NCBI GenBank assembly: GCA_964016885.1
Contig: OZ024746.1
Coordinates: forward strand, 62,558,001 to 62,622,000
DNA: 64,000 nucleotides
Reading direction: 5' to 3'
From: Eledone cirrhosa
Lineage: Eukaryota
Shown here: in pieces, positions 38,145 to 51,932 of the stretch
How the letters are laid out: the number at the start of each line of letters is the position of its first letter
How positions within the stretch are numbered: the first letter of the stretch is position 1
The notes under the pieces: model-generated
Database searches by the model: none
Seen by the model: only the letters and a program-made list of their open reading frames with translations
What the model was told of the DNA's origin: nothing
Position numbers and translations under genes: made by a program

Positions 38145-40106
38145 GGCAATAAGAAGTGATTTTAGGGAGGTTTAGCAACTATTTTAAACAGAACTGGGTG
38201 ACCACATAGACGCTTTCTTATTAATAATCAAGTTTACTTACATTCACAAAATTTCAGCTGTTAATACTGCTATGTGATTGGTTAAATGTTGGAGCGGACC
38301 CATCATTCCCATCATGAGTTGGATTATAAGCAAGATAAACATGAAGACTAAACAAGTTTTTGAATGCCATTTTCCCTGCTAAAAGATGAGTTAACCTTGT
38401 AGGCGCCATAGCAGGCTCCGTACTCATCATGGGGTCCTTTTTAAGGCAGTATTTTACAGTCAGAAGCTCTTCTAACACAGGGATATGTTGTATCTGATAA
38501 TAAAATTGTCTCCATATACCTACCACAGGGTGCCTAGAAAGTTGGTGCTAAGCACCAACTTCAAAGTTCAACTGATGTGTAATAAAGCTCCCTCTACACA
38601 ATATGCTAAAACCCCAGAGTAATATTCCTGCTCTGCTAACAACAGCTGAAGATATTAATGGAGGTACCTGGAACAGTGTCATGAGCAACTTAAGAATGAC
38701 ATTAAGTAATGAACACCTAATGTGAGATGATATTAAAAATAGCAAAACATTAGTATTTGTTGTAGTCATAGAACATGACTGACTGTAAGAGAGTTATTAT
38801 ATTATGATATAGTTATTATATTTTGATATCATGACCTGCCAACGAGACACTGCACAGCAATGTGACCCGCAAACCCCAAAAGGTTGCCGACACCTGGGTT
38901 AGATGATGGTGTTAAACAGGGAGACAGATTAAGTCTACCACCCAAAGCTCAGATGGTGTTATTAAACAGTGACAGATTAAGTCTTCTATCCAAGGACAAG
39001 GTGATACAGCATTCTTAAGAAAGACACTTCATTTCATGTTGCTTTTCATGATAGGTCTCTCATTATATCGATAAATAGGTCATCGAAATATGTGTAAATG
39101 GATAAATTTCATTTCAAATCAAAGAAATAAAATCAATGTCTGCTTGGGTTAAACAATCAAGTATCATCAAAGAAAGCGAGAAAAATAGCTTTCATTCACA
39201 TAAAATAATCTTGTCCTAATTAAAACAACTTTAAAGATAGAGTTACTTCATGGAAATATAATGAGTATGATTGTGTTCATTTAAATAGGAACTTTATATA
39301 TATGTGTGTGTATATTTTGGGACACCCTGTATATATAAATATACATATAAATATACACACACACATGCACACAAATTATTGTTGTTGTTGACTCCCTCTC
39401 TCCAAATCCTATTTGAATTCAGAGTGAACTTTGTTTCCCACCCCCAAGGGGGAGATGGGTGCAGTGTATTAAACTTCAGCAATGTCTTTGGCAAATGAAA
39501 AAAAAAAGAATGATTGTTATTTAGTCAATGGTAAGGAGGTGAAATGTTCATGACTGTTTCTATCTTTTACTGACTGATCAGATCAATATAGTTAATGATC
39601 AATTTGGACCTGAGAGGGAGGGGCTATGGTGAGAGAGGAGAGAGAGATAGGGATGTGGAGGAGAGAGAGGGGAAAGATGGGGAATGCGGGGGGGGGGGGA
39701 GAAGGAGATAGCTAGGAAAGAAAGGAGAGGAGAGAGAGAGCGCTAGGAGAGAAAGCAAGGAGAGAGAGAGAGATAGCTAGGAGAGAAAGCAAGGAGAGAG
39801 AGAGAGATAGCTAGGAGAGAAAGCAAGGAGAGAGAGAGAGAGAGATTATAGATCTTGGTATGATGAATTTGGTTAAACATTTAAATCAGGATGAGTAAGT
39901 GAAGCAAATAAAAAGTGATGGGAAGTAGATGGTTGGATATCTTTACCATCATCTTTTGTTGTTACCTCCCATAGAAAGGTTCTTGTTTTAATGATAGGAG
40001 TTTCAATTATTTATTAGGTGACCATTTCCCCATATGTTAGGGGTAGGATTTGAATTACGAACACACAGAGTTGGAATAGTTAGACATTCATTTCAATACT
40101 CTAATT

Positions 40107-40589
40107 CAGTGGTTTTCAACTGAGGTCCACAAGACTCTTGAGGATCCATATAAGATTTTTTGGAGTCTATGCAAGCAAAACAGTAAATTAGGTATCCATA
40201 GTAGTAATTTAGGGTTTCCATGAAAAATATTTTACTTTAGGCGTATTTATAGCAAGATTTATATTAAGTGTTAGAGAAAGAAACATTCTGTGATGATGGA
40301 ATAAAAAATATAAGACAGATATTTAACAGAATTCTGTCAGTATTTATGACTTATTTTAACAAGTGAACATTCATTTTCCATAGAATTTAGTTGTTAAAGT
40401 TTATGAGTAATAAATAAGTTACATTTCGACAATATACAAAATATTTCAACAATTTTTTATACAATTCTTAATAATATCTAACAATAAAAATACAATAGGA
40501 TGTTTTAAACATTGAATGGCTATAGGGGTCTACCTGAGTAAAATAGGAATCAAAGGGGTCCATAGGTAAACAAAGGTTGAGAACCACTG
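40107..40589. mobile_element. hAT-Charlie MITE
   Basis: TIRs CAGTGGTTTTCAAC / GTTGAGAACCACTG; 8-bp flanks CTCTAATT/ATTTAATT. Confidence 0.85.
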
Positions 40590-40958
40590 ATTTAATTCTC
40601 CCAAACCACCAGCCTAGATAGGTACTTAATTGCCCCCCCCCCCCCCCCCCCCAAATGATGAAAGGAAAATTTGACATCAGCAACATTGGAAACATGACAT
40701 AAGACATGGTATTCAATGGAATGTCCTAACAAATCTGTAATTCACCACCTGTGTACAGGTGATCACTGATTAGGAAGAGAAATAATTAATGACTGTTTCC
40801 ATCACTTGTGGAAGTGAAGACGATTAACTGGTAGTTGGTATAGTAGAAATGTTGTTGTTCTGGGGGAGAGGAAATACTTGCCTAAGGGCTCTTTTAATCA
40901 TTAATCACTCTACTAAATCCTAAAGCAGAAATATAATTTGGCAACACCTAAGGGATGT

Positions 40959-41197
40959 TTAACCCTTTCGTGATCGTATTTCTAATGAACTCCAGGCAAT
41001 TTCAATTAATTAACAAAGAATTTCGGGATTTACTAAAATTATTAATTACTTCATTACTAACACAGTAACTTAACATATGGTTCTTATATAAAACTATGTT
41101 GGAAAATTTCCAATTTAAATCAGAACTCTTTAAATTGGATGATTTTGTTTCATAAAATCTGATCTAGTTTTGGGCAGGTTGGTACCAAAAGGGTTGA
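40959..41197. mobile_element. piggyBac-type MITE family 2
   Basis: TTAACCCTTTCGTGA ... GTTGGTACCAAAAGGGTTGA. Confidence 0.7.
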
Positions 41198-41198
41198 T

Positions 41199-41412
41199 TT
41201 AACCCTTTAGCATTTAAACTGGCCATATCCACCAGAATTCTCTCACTTCTTTCTGTTCAAACCAGCTGTAACTGGCTGCTTATACCTACATTAATGTATT
41301 GTTCTCAAAATAAATAACATCAAAATCTCCTAGATTCGATATTATGAGATAATTATGTAAGATAAAGCCTTTATTGTGAAAATACAATAGTAAATATAGA
41401 ATAATGTAAATG
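41199..41412. mobile_element. piggyBac-type MITE family 1, one TIR truncated
   Basis: Left TIR intact; body matches the family. Confidence 0.85.
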
Positions 41413-41451
41413 GCAAACTTTATGTGCCTCAGTTTCTCTTGTAGAGAACTA

Positions 41452-41600
41452 CCACCACCACCATCATCATTTTATGCCTGCTCTTCCATTCTTGTATGGG
41501 TTGAAGGGATCTTTTCTAGTAAAACCTCCTTCCACTTATTGCAGTCCTTCATCATCTCCTCTGTGAGCTTCAGTAATTTGAGATCAGCTCTCACCATTCC
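41452..41600 (-). mobile_element. RTE LINE 3' tip
   Basis: MVRADLKLLKLTEEMMKDCNKWKEVLLEK, homologous to the 19998 fragment. Confidence 0.7.
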
Positions 41601-41918
41601 CTGGCCATAAGGCAACAGTGAGTGCAGTTTAGAGTAGTAATTATTTATAATCCATATTCCCTGACCAGAATGCAACTGTGAATGAAGTATAGCATAGTAA
41701 CTATACAGTATGTAATCCATATTCCCTAACCAGAAGGTAACTGTGAATGTAGTGTAGTGTAACAATTAGTAATCCATATTGCCTGGCCATTGGGCAACTG
41801 TCAATGTAGTATGGAGTAGTAACTATTAGTAATCCATATTCCCTGACCATAAGGCAACTATGGAAGTAGTTTAGTGAAGTAATTATTTGTAATTCATATT
41901 TCTTGACCATAAAACAAC
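41595..41918. repeat. ~60-bp minisatellite (TAATCCATATTCCCTGACCATAAGGCAAC...)
   Basis: About 5 degenerate units. Confidence 0.85.
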
Positions 41919-42160
41919 AAAAACTATCTATCATAAATTTTATCTCAGAATATTTTATAGAATGTTCAAAACACTGACATAATAACATTTACTAAATCCC
42001 TCTAATTATTTATGAGATATAATGCATATACTTCCAAAATTATTTTCAAAGTACAGACATTATATCACATGAAAAATATGATAATTAAATTGTTAAATCA
42101 CATCTTACTGTCTTAAAATAGGGGGACAATGTGGATAAAGTTCTTGATGGACACTGCTTG

Positions 42161-42192
<32 letters not shown>

Positions 42193-42249
42193 TCGGTTTG
42201 AACAGTTTGAACACTGATCAAAGGGAAGACCTAAACTTACACAACCGGT

Positions 42250-42891
42250 ATTACTTTACCTTCATTAGGACAAAAGGCAAAGCTAACATCAGCAAGATCT
42301 GAACATAAAGGTCCAGAACTGTATGCTGTAAAGTATGTTGTCCGATGTTCTACTGACACTATCAATCCACCATTATAATAATTGTTTCTACTTTTGGCAC
42401 AAGGCCAGCAATTATCTCAGTGAATTAATTACTGGGAATTTATTTTATCAACCCCGTAAGGATGAAAGGCAAAGTTAACCTCGGCAGGATTTGAACTCAG
42501 ACCATAAAGGGCCGTAACTCTATGCTGCATAGCATGGCCTCCGACCCTCTATCCATACTGCCAATAATAATAATGGTCTCTGATATAGGCACAAAGCCAA
42601 CAATTTTGGGAGAGGGGAAAGTCAATTAAATCAATTCCAACCCCACCAGTGTATTACTGGTACTTTATTTTATCAACCCTGTAAAGATGAAAGGCAAACC
42701 TAACCTTGGCAGGATTTGAACTCAGAATGTAAAGGTCTGTAACTATATGCCACAAAGCATGTTGTTCGATGCTCTACCAATACTGCCAATCCACCATTGA
42801 CTTTGCCTTTCATCCTTACGGGGTCGATAAAATAAAGTACCAGTAATACACTGGGTATTTGCTGGCCTTGTGCCTAAAGTAGAAACAATTA
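42250..42891. mobile_element. SINE-A cluster: 3 copies minus, one headless copy plus (42797-42891)
   Basis: Family cores in both orientations. Confidence 0.88.
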
Positions 42892-43173
42892 TGTTTACAT
42901 CCACTTGCTGGCACAGGTTGATTAGGATGTTTTGAGACAGTTTTACAGTCAGATGCCCTTCCTGATGCCAACCCTTACATGCCGGGATACAGTGAATCTA
43001 TTCTAAAAACCAGGATACACAAGGTTTAAATATAAACTTCATCAAAATAATCTACATTATAATCTATATATATAAAACTTAATTATATATATCTTAATCA
43101 TATGCAGTAAAGGGTTCTGTTGTTTATATTTTTAATAAATTTATGTGTGCGTGTGTGTGTGTGTGTGTGTGTG

Positions 43174-43257
<84 letters not shown>

Positions 43258-43304
43258 AATGAAAGGCTAAGTTTCACCTGAAAGTGATTGAAGGATGTAG
43301 GTGA

Positions 43305-44155
43305 GTGGTAGTGGTGGAGGTGGCTGAGATAGTGGCAGCAGTGGTGGTGGTGGTGGTGGTCGTGGTGGTGGTGGTGGTGGTGGTGGTGGTGGTCGTGGTG
43401 GTCGTGACAATGGCAGCGATGGTAGTTCTGTTAGTGACAGCAATGGTGGTGGTTGTGGTAGTGGCTGTGATAGTGGCGGCAGTGGTGTTGGTGGTGGTTG
43501 TGATAGTGGCGGCAGTGGTGTTGGTGGTGGTTGTGATAGTGGCGGCAGTGGTGTTGGTGGTGGTTGTGGTAGTGGCTATGTTGGTGGTTGTGGTATTGGC
43601 TGCAGTGGTGATAGTGGTGGTAGTAGTCGCAGCAGTGGTGTTGGTGGTGGTTGTGGCAGTGGTGTTGGGTTGTGGTAGTGGCAGCAATGGTGGTGGTGGT
43701 GGTTGTGGTGATAGTGGTGGTAGTAGTTGTGATAGTGGTTGTGATAGTGGCGGGAGTAGTGGTGGTGGTGGTGGTTGTAGTGGCAGTGGTTGTGGTAGTG
43801 ACAGCAATGGTGGTGGTGGTGGTTGTGGTGGAGGTGGTAGAAGTAGTGGTGGTGGAAGTAGTGGTGGTGGTGGTGGTAGCAATGGTGGTGGTTGTAGTGG
43901 CAGTGGTTATGGTAGTGGCTGTGGTAATGACAGCAATGATGGTGGTTGCTGTGGTAGTAGTGGTGGTGGTGGTTGTAGTGGCAGTGGTTATGGTAATGAC
44001 GGCAGTAGTGGCAGTGGCTGTGGTAATGACAGCAATGATGGTGGTGGCTGTGGTAGTAGTGGTTGTGATAGTAACAGCAGTAGTGGTGGCGGTGGTAGTG
44101 GCAGTGGTTGCAATAGTGGTTGTGGTAGTGCTAGTACTAGTAGTGGCAGCAGTAA
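43305..44155. repeat. Compound (GGT/AGT/GGC)n array
   Basis: Directly visible. Confidence 0.95.
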
Positions 44156-44391
44156 TGAAATAAAATCATTGAAAATACTGTTACACAGTTGAAATAAATT
44201 AGGAAACGGTAGGCATTATATCATGTATATATCTATTTTGTATGTTTGTGTATATGTGTGTGTATATATATATACACACGCACACATACATACTCACAAC
44301 AGAATAGAAAGTTGTTAAATATTTCATATAGTATGTGGGTGGATGGATGGGTGGGTGTACCTAGATAGATACACATAAGTATATACCCAGA

Positions 44392-44706
44392 TGTGTATGT
44401 GTGAGTATGTGTGAGTATGTGTGAGTTTGTGTGAGTATGTGTGTGTGAGTATGTGTGAGTATGTGTGTGTATGTGTGTGTGAGTATGTGTGAGTATGTGT
44501 GAGTATGTGTGTGTATGTGTGTGTGAGTATGTGTGTGTATGTGTGTGTGAGTATGTGAGTATGTGTGTGTATGTGTGTGTGAGTATGTGTGAGTATGTGT
44601 GAGTATGTGTGAGTATGTGTGAGTATGTGTGAGTATGTGTGAGTATGTGTAAGTATGTGTAAGTATGTGTGAGTATGTGTGAGTATGTGTGAGTATGTGT
44701 GAGTAT
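44392..44706. repeat. (GTGAGTATGT)n 10-bp minisatellite
   Basis: Directly visible. Confidence 0.95.
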
Positions 44707-45582
44707 ATCTGTGGGGTGTCTATTGTTGGTTCCATTTTTCTGATATATTTCTGTCAATGTGTATACATTAAACATGTATGTATATTTATACACACAAACA
44801 CACAAACATGCCTAAGTTATATTATAACAACTGTGTGTGTGTATCTGTGAATGCTCTTATGTGTCTATATGTATGTGTATACATACATTATATGTATGTA
44901 TATACATACATTATATATATATATATATATAAATACATTATATATGTATGTATGTATATACATACATTATATATATGTATGTATATACATACATTATATA
45001 TATATGTATATACATACATTATATATGTATGTATGTATATATATACATTATATATATGTATGTATATACATACATTATATATATATATGTATGTATATAT
45101 GTATGTATGTATATGTATGTGTATACATACATTATATATATGCATTGCTCTTCCTCACCTCCATGCCACTTCCTGGAGAGCAAAGTAAAAACTACAAACA
45201 CACACATACACACAGAGACAGACACATACACACACATACACACACAGACGGACACACACACACATGTAAGAACAGAAAACGTGTGGGTGTGAGGGTGTTA
45301 AATGCACAAACATACATAAACATGCATACATTGATAGATTACAACCATTACCACACATAACCACCACCCCTCAAGAAAATACATTGATGTGTGTGTGTGT
45401 GTATATATATATGTGTGTGTGTGTGTGTGATCAATGTGTGTGTGCGTGTGATCAATGTGTGTGTGTGTGTGTGTAAATACACATAATCAGACAGATATGC
45501 ATAGATTAAAACTGAAATTACACATACATATACATGTGAAATCACACACATATGCATATGTATGTATCTATGTGTGTGTGCG

Positions 45583-45635
<53 letters not shown>

Positions 45636-46193
45636 ATATATATATATATAGATATATATATATGTGTGTGTGTATATGTGTGTGTGTGTATATGTATATA
45701 TAATTATATATTTATATATATATTTATATATACACACACACACACACACGAAAGAGAAATTCGGTTGCTAACAGAATTTTTGTAACTAAGCAGAAAACCA
45801 TGGCAACGAAGATTCACAGCAACAAACAAATAACAGACTTCTCAATAGCACCAATCAGCAGTGCATGACAATATATTCCTAGAAGATAAACATATTTTAA
45901 AGCAGGAGAGGGAGTAGAAGTGAAGTGGGTGGCAGGGAGTGAGTGAAGTGAAGTGGAGGAGGAGGAGGAGGAGGTAAGTCTGTTGAGAAGAAAGAGTACC
46001 ATAGCACAAAATCAGAGATAAACCAGGGGAGCTGCTACATAGTCATTTGACCTGTTAGAAATAACAGCCAAACTCATTCTCTAAAGTTACACTTTACTGT
46101 CTCAAACAAAGGAGAATATATTGATGCAATGCATCGCTATTTTGGAGGGAGAACACATTGAGAGAAAGAGAGAGAGAGAAAGAGAGAGAGACA

Positions 46194-46417
46194 TTAACTC
46201 TTTAGCATTTAAACCGGCTGTATCTGGCCAGAACTCTCTCACTTCTTGTTCAAACCGGCTGTAACTGGCTGCTCATACCTACATTAAGGTATTCTTCTCA
46301 AAATAAATAACATCAAAATCTCATAGATTTCACATTGTGAGATAATTATGTGAGATAAAGCCTTGACTGTGAAAAAACAATAGTAAATATAGAATAATGT
46401 AAATGCTAAAGGGTTAA
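46194..46417. mobile_element. piggyBac-type MITE family 1
   Basis: TTAA-flanked TIRs. Confidence 0.88.
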
Positions 46418-46917
46418 CATGTGCTAACATCTGGGTGGTAGATTTTATTTGTTGTCCAGTTTAACACCATCTCTTGGCTGTAGGTTACCTTTAGCAGAGC
46501 CCATTCTGTTGCAAGAACTTGGGCTTTATTACTAATTTGTGTGGGTAACTCAAGAACATAATGCAAAGTTTCTGACAGCAATAACTCAAAAATCATACTC
46601 TCTACCCTCCTTCAAATATCCCTTCCCCAATTCCCAAAAACCTCGCAAAGATCATCGACCCTACCCAATATGGTTTATATTATATGCACTTATGTATATC
46701 TACAATATACATCATTGTTTAACATCTATTTTTCCTTGCTAGCATTGGTTAGATGGGTTATGAGACAAGTCAGGTCAGATGACCACATATTCCTCATACA
46801 GATCTGTATTTTGGCTTGGTTTCTACAGCTGAAAACTCTTTCTAATGCAAATATATATATTCCAGTCTGGAATTTGTTGTTGAAACGGCAAGAGCTCAGC
46901 CACTAGGCCTTGGCTCA

Positions 46918-46987
<70 letters not shown>

Positions 46988-47024
46988 ATTAAATAAATGG
47001 AAACTATATTTATAAAACCATATT

Positions 47025-47089
47025 TATTTCATTATACATATTTCAGGGATACCAAATTAAAATATGGTATGCCTTCATCAGATAAAATA
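47025..47089 (-). ncRNA. Minimal type-I hammerhead ribozyme (mirror copy)
   Basis: Reverse complement of 47236-47300. Confidence 0.8.
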
Positions 47090-47235
47090 CAATATATAAA
47101 CAGTTTTATAAATAATTTTGACGTACCCTATTAGATGCAACCATTATTTTTGGAAGCTATCCAGACAGCTTCCAAAAATAATGGTTGCATCTAATAGGGT
47201 ACGTCAAAATTATTTATAAAACTGTTTATATATTG

Positions 47236-47300
47236 TATTTTATCTGATGAAGGCATACCATATTTTAATTTGGTATCCCTGAAATATGTATAATGAAATA
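47236..47300 (+). ncRNA. Minimal type-I hammerhead ribozyme
   Basis: TATTTTAT-CTGATGA-AGGcATACCA(10 nt)TGGTATcCCT-GAAA-TATGTA-TA-ATGAAATA. Confidence 0.82.
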
Positions 47301-47425
47301 AATATGGTTTTATAAATATAGTTTCCATTTATTTAATATCGTATATCTACTCCAAAAACTTGTCGAGTGCTTTATATCAGTTATAAAATATTTACTTGTA
47401 TCCCAACAATTTTAAATAGAACTTT

Positions 47426-47467
<42 letters not shown>

Positions 47468-47499
47468 CAAAGCTTGACCACTTCAGTGTACATGATGCT

Positions 47500-48600
47500 C
47501 AGTCCTGGCATGAGATTTTATGTGGCTTTTTAACCCAGCCATCCTTTTAAAAAGTTGTCCATATAAATTCCATATTTTTTGGAGCAGCTTGAAATGCCTG
47601 TGCATCTTGGTGAACTTTGAAATGTCTCTTTAGACCTCATTGGCATATGTGGTATTGATAACAGTGAAACTGGTTTGTATATTCTATAGTCAGTAGGGAG
47701 TACTCTATTCTGTGCTCTTATGTGAGATTGAAGTCCAGCTTCTGACAGGCAGATTTTGCCACACACTGTACAAGTAGAAAAAGTTTCATTAATTCTATAT
47801 ATCTTTACTGGCTGTTTTTTCTCTAATATTCCACTTAATATTTACTTGCATTAGCCTGATTTTCTCAAAGTTTTTCATACCATCACATATTTTTGAATGC
47901 CAGGTAAAGGATTCCACTGCAAGACTTTCCAAGTTTCTGGGATCAAGCCTTACATTCTTCAAGTTCTCCTTCAATGCATCCATGCAACCTTTTATTTGGC
48001 TTACTCTGTTTTCTTTTTCCATAAGCAAGTTCACCATAAAACCGTTGCTTAACCCTTTAGCATTTACATTACTCTATATATACAATTATATTTTTGTGGT
48101 AAAGGCTTTACCGCACATAATTATCTCATATAATATCAAATCTATGAAATTTTGATATTATTTATTTTGAGAGCAATACTTTAACATCAGTATCAGTGAA
48201 TTATTACAGACAGTTTGAACAGAAAGAGATGAGAGAATTCTGGCTGGATACAGCCAATTTAAATGCTAAAGGGCTAAGAATATGCTTGTCAGCCAATGCG
48301 GACATTATGTCTAAACCACAGCAGTTGGTTTATCAAAATTATTTCCTGGATGGAACACCAGTCAGCAGTGAATGAATGCCATTTTATTTTTAGAGTATGA
48401 CATAAGCATTTTTGATGGAATCATTCCAGGAGTCTAAAGTTATATTTGTAACTTGTCCAAATGTCAGAAGAGTGGATAATACAAAAGAACTATAAACAGA
48501 TATTTTTGTTTCATTCTTGATATGTCTTTGTGACCAAACCGAAGACTCTAAACTACCAAATAGAGCATGGCAGCAACATATACTGCAAGGATAGTAGGGG
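47500..48600 (-). mobile_element. Decayed RTE (BovB-like) LINE 3' part
   Basis: KQRFYGEL, DALKENLKNVRLDPRNLESLA, C2H2-like CTVCGKICLSEAGLQSHIRA; split by a MITE at 48049. Confidence 0.75.
48049..48277. mobile_element. piggyBac-type MITE family 1 nested in a LINE
   Basis: TTAA left, CTAA right. Confidence 0.88.
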
Positions 48601-48619
48601 CATCAAAGTCTCCCTGTTT

Positions 48620-48972
48620 CACACATGCAGTTTCTGTAGCCCATACATGACACACCTGTAGACCTTATATGGCACATCTGCAGTCCATGTGGCATACCTT
48701 TAGACTGACACATGTGGTCCATATATGGCACACCTGCAGTCCATATATGGTATTATTGCAGTCCATGTAGCATACCTGTAGACCATATATGACACACATT
48801 TGTTCCATATATGGCACACCTGCAGTCCATGTAGCACACATGTAAACTATATATGACACACCTGTAGACCTTATATGGCACATTTGCAGTCCATGTAGCA
48901 AACCTGCAAACTATATGACTCACATGTGGTTCATATATGGCATAATTACAGTCCATTATATGGCACACATGT
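48620..48972. repeat. ~22-bp minisatellite (CACACCTGCAGTCCATATATGG)
   Basis: Degenerate tandem units. Confidence 0.85.
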
Positions 48973-49841
48973 CTACTGAGACAGTGATTCCTCAATTTGA
49001 CACCAACCTGCTTAAAACCCTCCTCTGCTTCTATGAAACTAAACGACCCATTCTATAGGGTTCTTAAATTAAAACTTTCCAAAACAATTTTATTTCATTT
49101 GGGGATCCAACCAGATCATTTGGAGATGGTTACTTCTGATAGGACCCTCTGGATGGCAAGGTGGGTTTGAGGACTCTGCCTCTTGTATTACCCTAGGAAA
49201 AGGAGAGGAATTTTATATAAAAATATTTTATTTTGTAACAAATACTACCTTAATGACATTATAATTTCAGTAAATTCTTCCCAAATTCTTAATTATAATA
49301 CAAAATATTTCATTAGAAATACAATAATGAATGAGTTAAAAAGGTTTTCCCTAAAAAGTTTTTATTTTACTATTGTAAAATAAAAACTTTTGTGAAGAGT
49401 CAAGCAAAGCTAATCTTCAAACATATTCTGGCCATGACTATCCTGTTGAACATAATTTAATACCTTTTTATAAGACAGTAAAGTGTAATTTAAGGGAATT
49501 TACCGGCTACTTCTATTGGGTGAGCAACTGTATAGAAACTCTCTCATTGGTTCACTAATGTGCCAGCTCGCATGTGGGTGGCATCTATTGTCAGTGTGTG
49601 TGTGTGTGTAGCATTTACTATTGTGTATGTGTGAAATATCTAAGATTGTTCATGATTGTGTGTTTCTTTGTGACACATGAGTGTGAGAAATCTGTGTATA
49701 TGTGTAAACCATATGAAGGTGTGCGCGAGACATTTGAGAGAATGTATGTTTGTGTGTGAAAATATGTGAGAGTATGTAACATCTACAAGTGTGTGTATGT
49801 ATGTGCGTGACATCTACAAGTGTATATAAGTGTGTGTGTGT

Positions 49842-49882
<41 letters not shown>

Positions 49883-49884
<2 letters not shown>

Positions 49885-50177
49885 ATCAAGTGTGTGTATG
49901 AGTGTGACATCTATCAGTGTGTGCATATGTGTATGAGCATGTGTGACATCTACAAATACAAATGTGTTTATGTGTGAAAATGTGTATGTCAGAAAGCAGG
50001 GTGCATGCGTGCGTGTGTGTGTGTGTGTGTCATCAAGTGTGTGTATGAGTGTGACATCTATCAGTGTGTGCATATGTGTATGAGCATGTGTGACATCTAC
50101 AAATACATATGTGTTTATGTGTGAAAATGTGTATGTCAGAAAGCAGGGTGCATGCGTGCGTGTGTGTGTGTGTGTGT
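49883..50177. repeat. ~148-bp tandem duplication bounded by (TG)n
   Basis: CATCAAGTGT...AGAAAGCAGGGTGCATGCGTGCG occurs twice. Confidence 0.9.
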
Positions 50178-50426
50178 GGAGGGGTAGGGGTGATTTTCAT
50201 TATTTATTTTAGTCTTTGTTGTTATTGTTGCTGCAACTTTCTATCAACAATTCATCTGCTAACAGAAATGTGTTCCTCAGCAAATGTGCAAATAGCAGAC
50301 AGCATCCAATGTGCAGAGAGATTACATCACTGCAGCAGTTGGATTCCAGTTGCCAGGGTAGCAGGGAATACCGACAAACATAACTATTTATTGATACTAA
50401 CTGAAAATGGTGAACAGACAGCAACA

Positions 50427-50428
50427 GC

Positions 50429-50470
<42 letters not shown>

Positions 50471-50914
50471 GATAATGGTGTTGGTGGTAGTAGTGGTGAT
50501 AGTGATAGTGGTAGTTGTGGTAGTGGTGGCAGTGGTAGTAGTGGTGGTCATGGTAGTGGTGATAGTGATAGTGGTAGTTGTGGTGGTGGTGGTGGTGGTG
50601 GTGGTGGTGGTGGTCATGGTAGTGGTGATAGTGGTAGTTGTGGTGGTGGTGGTAGTAATAGTGATGGTGATGGTTGTGATAGTAGTTGTAGTAGTAATAG
50701 TGGTGGTAGTGGTAGTGGTGGTCGAAGTAGTAATAGTAGTAGTGGTGGTGGTGGTGGTGGTGATGGTGGTAGTAGTAGTAGTAGTAGTAGTAATAGTAGT
50801 AGTGGTGGTGGTGGTGGTGGTAGTAGTTGTAGTAGGAGTAATGGTGGTGGTGGTTGTGATAGTAGCTGTAGTTGTGGTAGTAGTTATAGTGGTGTTGGTG
50901 GTAGTGGTAGTAGT
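50427..50914. repeat. Compound (GTA/GTG)n array
   Basis: Directly visible. Confidence 0.95.
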
Positions 50915-51454
50915 AAAAATGTTCAGAAATATTAACAATGGTTTCTGATTTAGACACAAAGTCAACAATTTGTGGTGCGGTGAGGAAACACAATTAAATC
51001 AAACCCAGTGCATTACTGGTACTTTATTTTAAGGACACTGTAAGGATGAAAGACAAAGCTAACCTCGGTGTGATTGGAACTCAAAACACAGAAAGTTGTA
51101 ACTAAACACTGCAAAGTATTTTGTCTGACCACCTGTGGAGGGACATGGCCTAGTGGTTAGTGTGTTGGACATGTGATCATAATGCTGTGGGTTTAATTCC
51201 TAGAGTGGTGTGTTGTGTTCTTGAACAAAACACTATATTTCATGTTGCTTCACTACACTCAGTTGAAAATGAATACCAACAATAGCTGAGAATTAACTCT
51301 GCGATTGACTAGCATTCTGTCCAGTGTGAAGTGCTGTACTCTCAGTCACTTAATGCTATGGAAACTGAGATGAGCACTGAACAGATGAAATGCCAAGCTT
51401 AGGATAAACAAACTTTTTCAAACTACTGATTCTGCCAATGTATCACTCAAATAT

Positions 51455-51932
51455 AATTGTTTCACAAGGCCAGCAATTTTGGGAGAGGAGAAAGTCGATT
51501 AAAATCGACCCCAGTGCGTGACTGGTACTTTATTTTATCGACCTCATAAGGATGAAAGGCAAAGTTAACCTTGGCGGGATTTGAATTCAGATCATAAAGG
51601 GCCGTAATTCTATGCTGCAAAGCATGGCGTCCAACTCTCTACCGATACTGCCAATCCATTGCCCTTCAAATATAATTGTTTCTACTTTTGGCACAAGGCC
51701 AGCAATTATCCCAGTGCATTACTGGTACTTTATTTTATCGACCCCGTAAGGATGAAAGGCAAAGTTAACCTCGGCGGGATTTGAACTCAGAATGGCAAGG
51801 GCCGTAACTCTATGCTTGGCGTCCGACCCTCTACCGATACTGCCAATCCACTATAATTGTTTCTACTATAGGCACAAGGCCAGCAATTACCCAGTGCATT
51901 ACTGGTACTTTATTTTATCGACCCCGTAAGGA
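51455..51932 (-). mobile_element. Tandem SINE-A cluster (long, short, partial)
   Basis: Three family cores; an older A copy and a B-head SINE precede it at 50938-51430. Confidence 0.9.

Larger units (their letters stand above)
46981..47428. mobile_element. Penelope-like inverted pseudo-LTR (178-bp-arm palindrome) inserted in (TA)n
   Basis: Arms 46981-47158 and 47167-47344 are near-perfect reverse complements; the right side continues with the family 3' end shared with 7181-7398. Confidence 0.85.

Noticed and set aside
38254-38769. Unique-looking region with short ORFs
   Set aside because: No splice sites or recognisable motif; lies beside a hAT-like end (~38896), so probably decayed transposon interior
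43274-44192. Gly/Ser/Cys-rich keratin-like ORF
   Set aside because: Degenerate GGT/AGT array of the same kind as the other arrays
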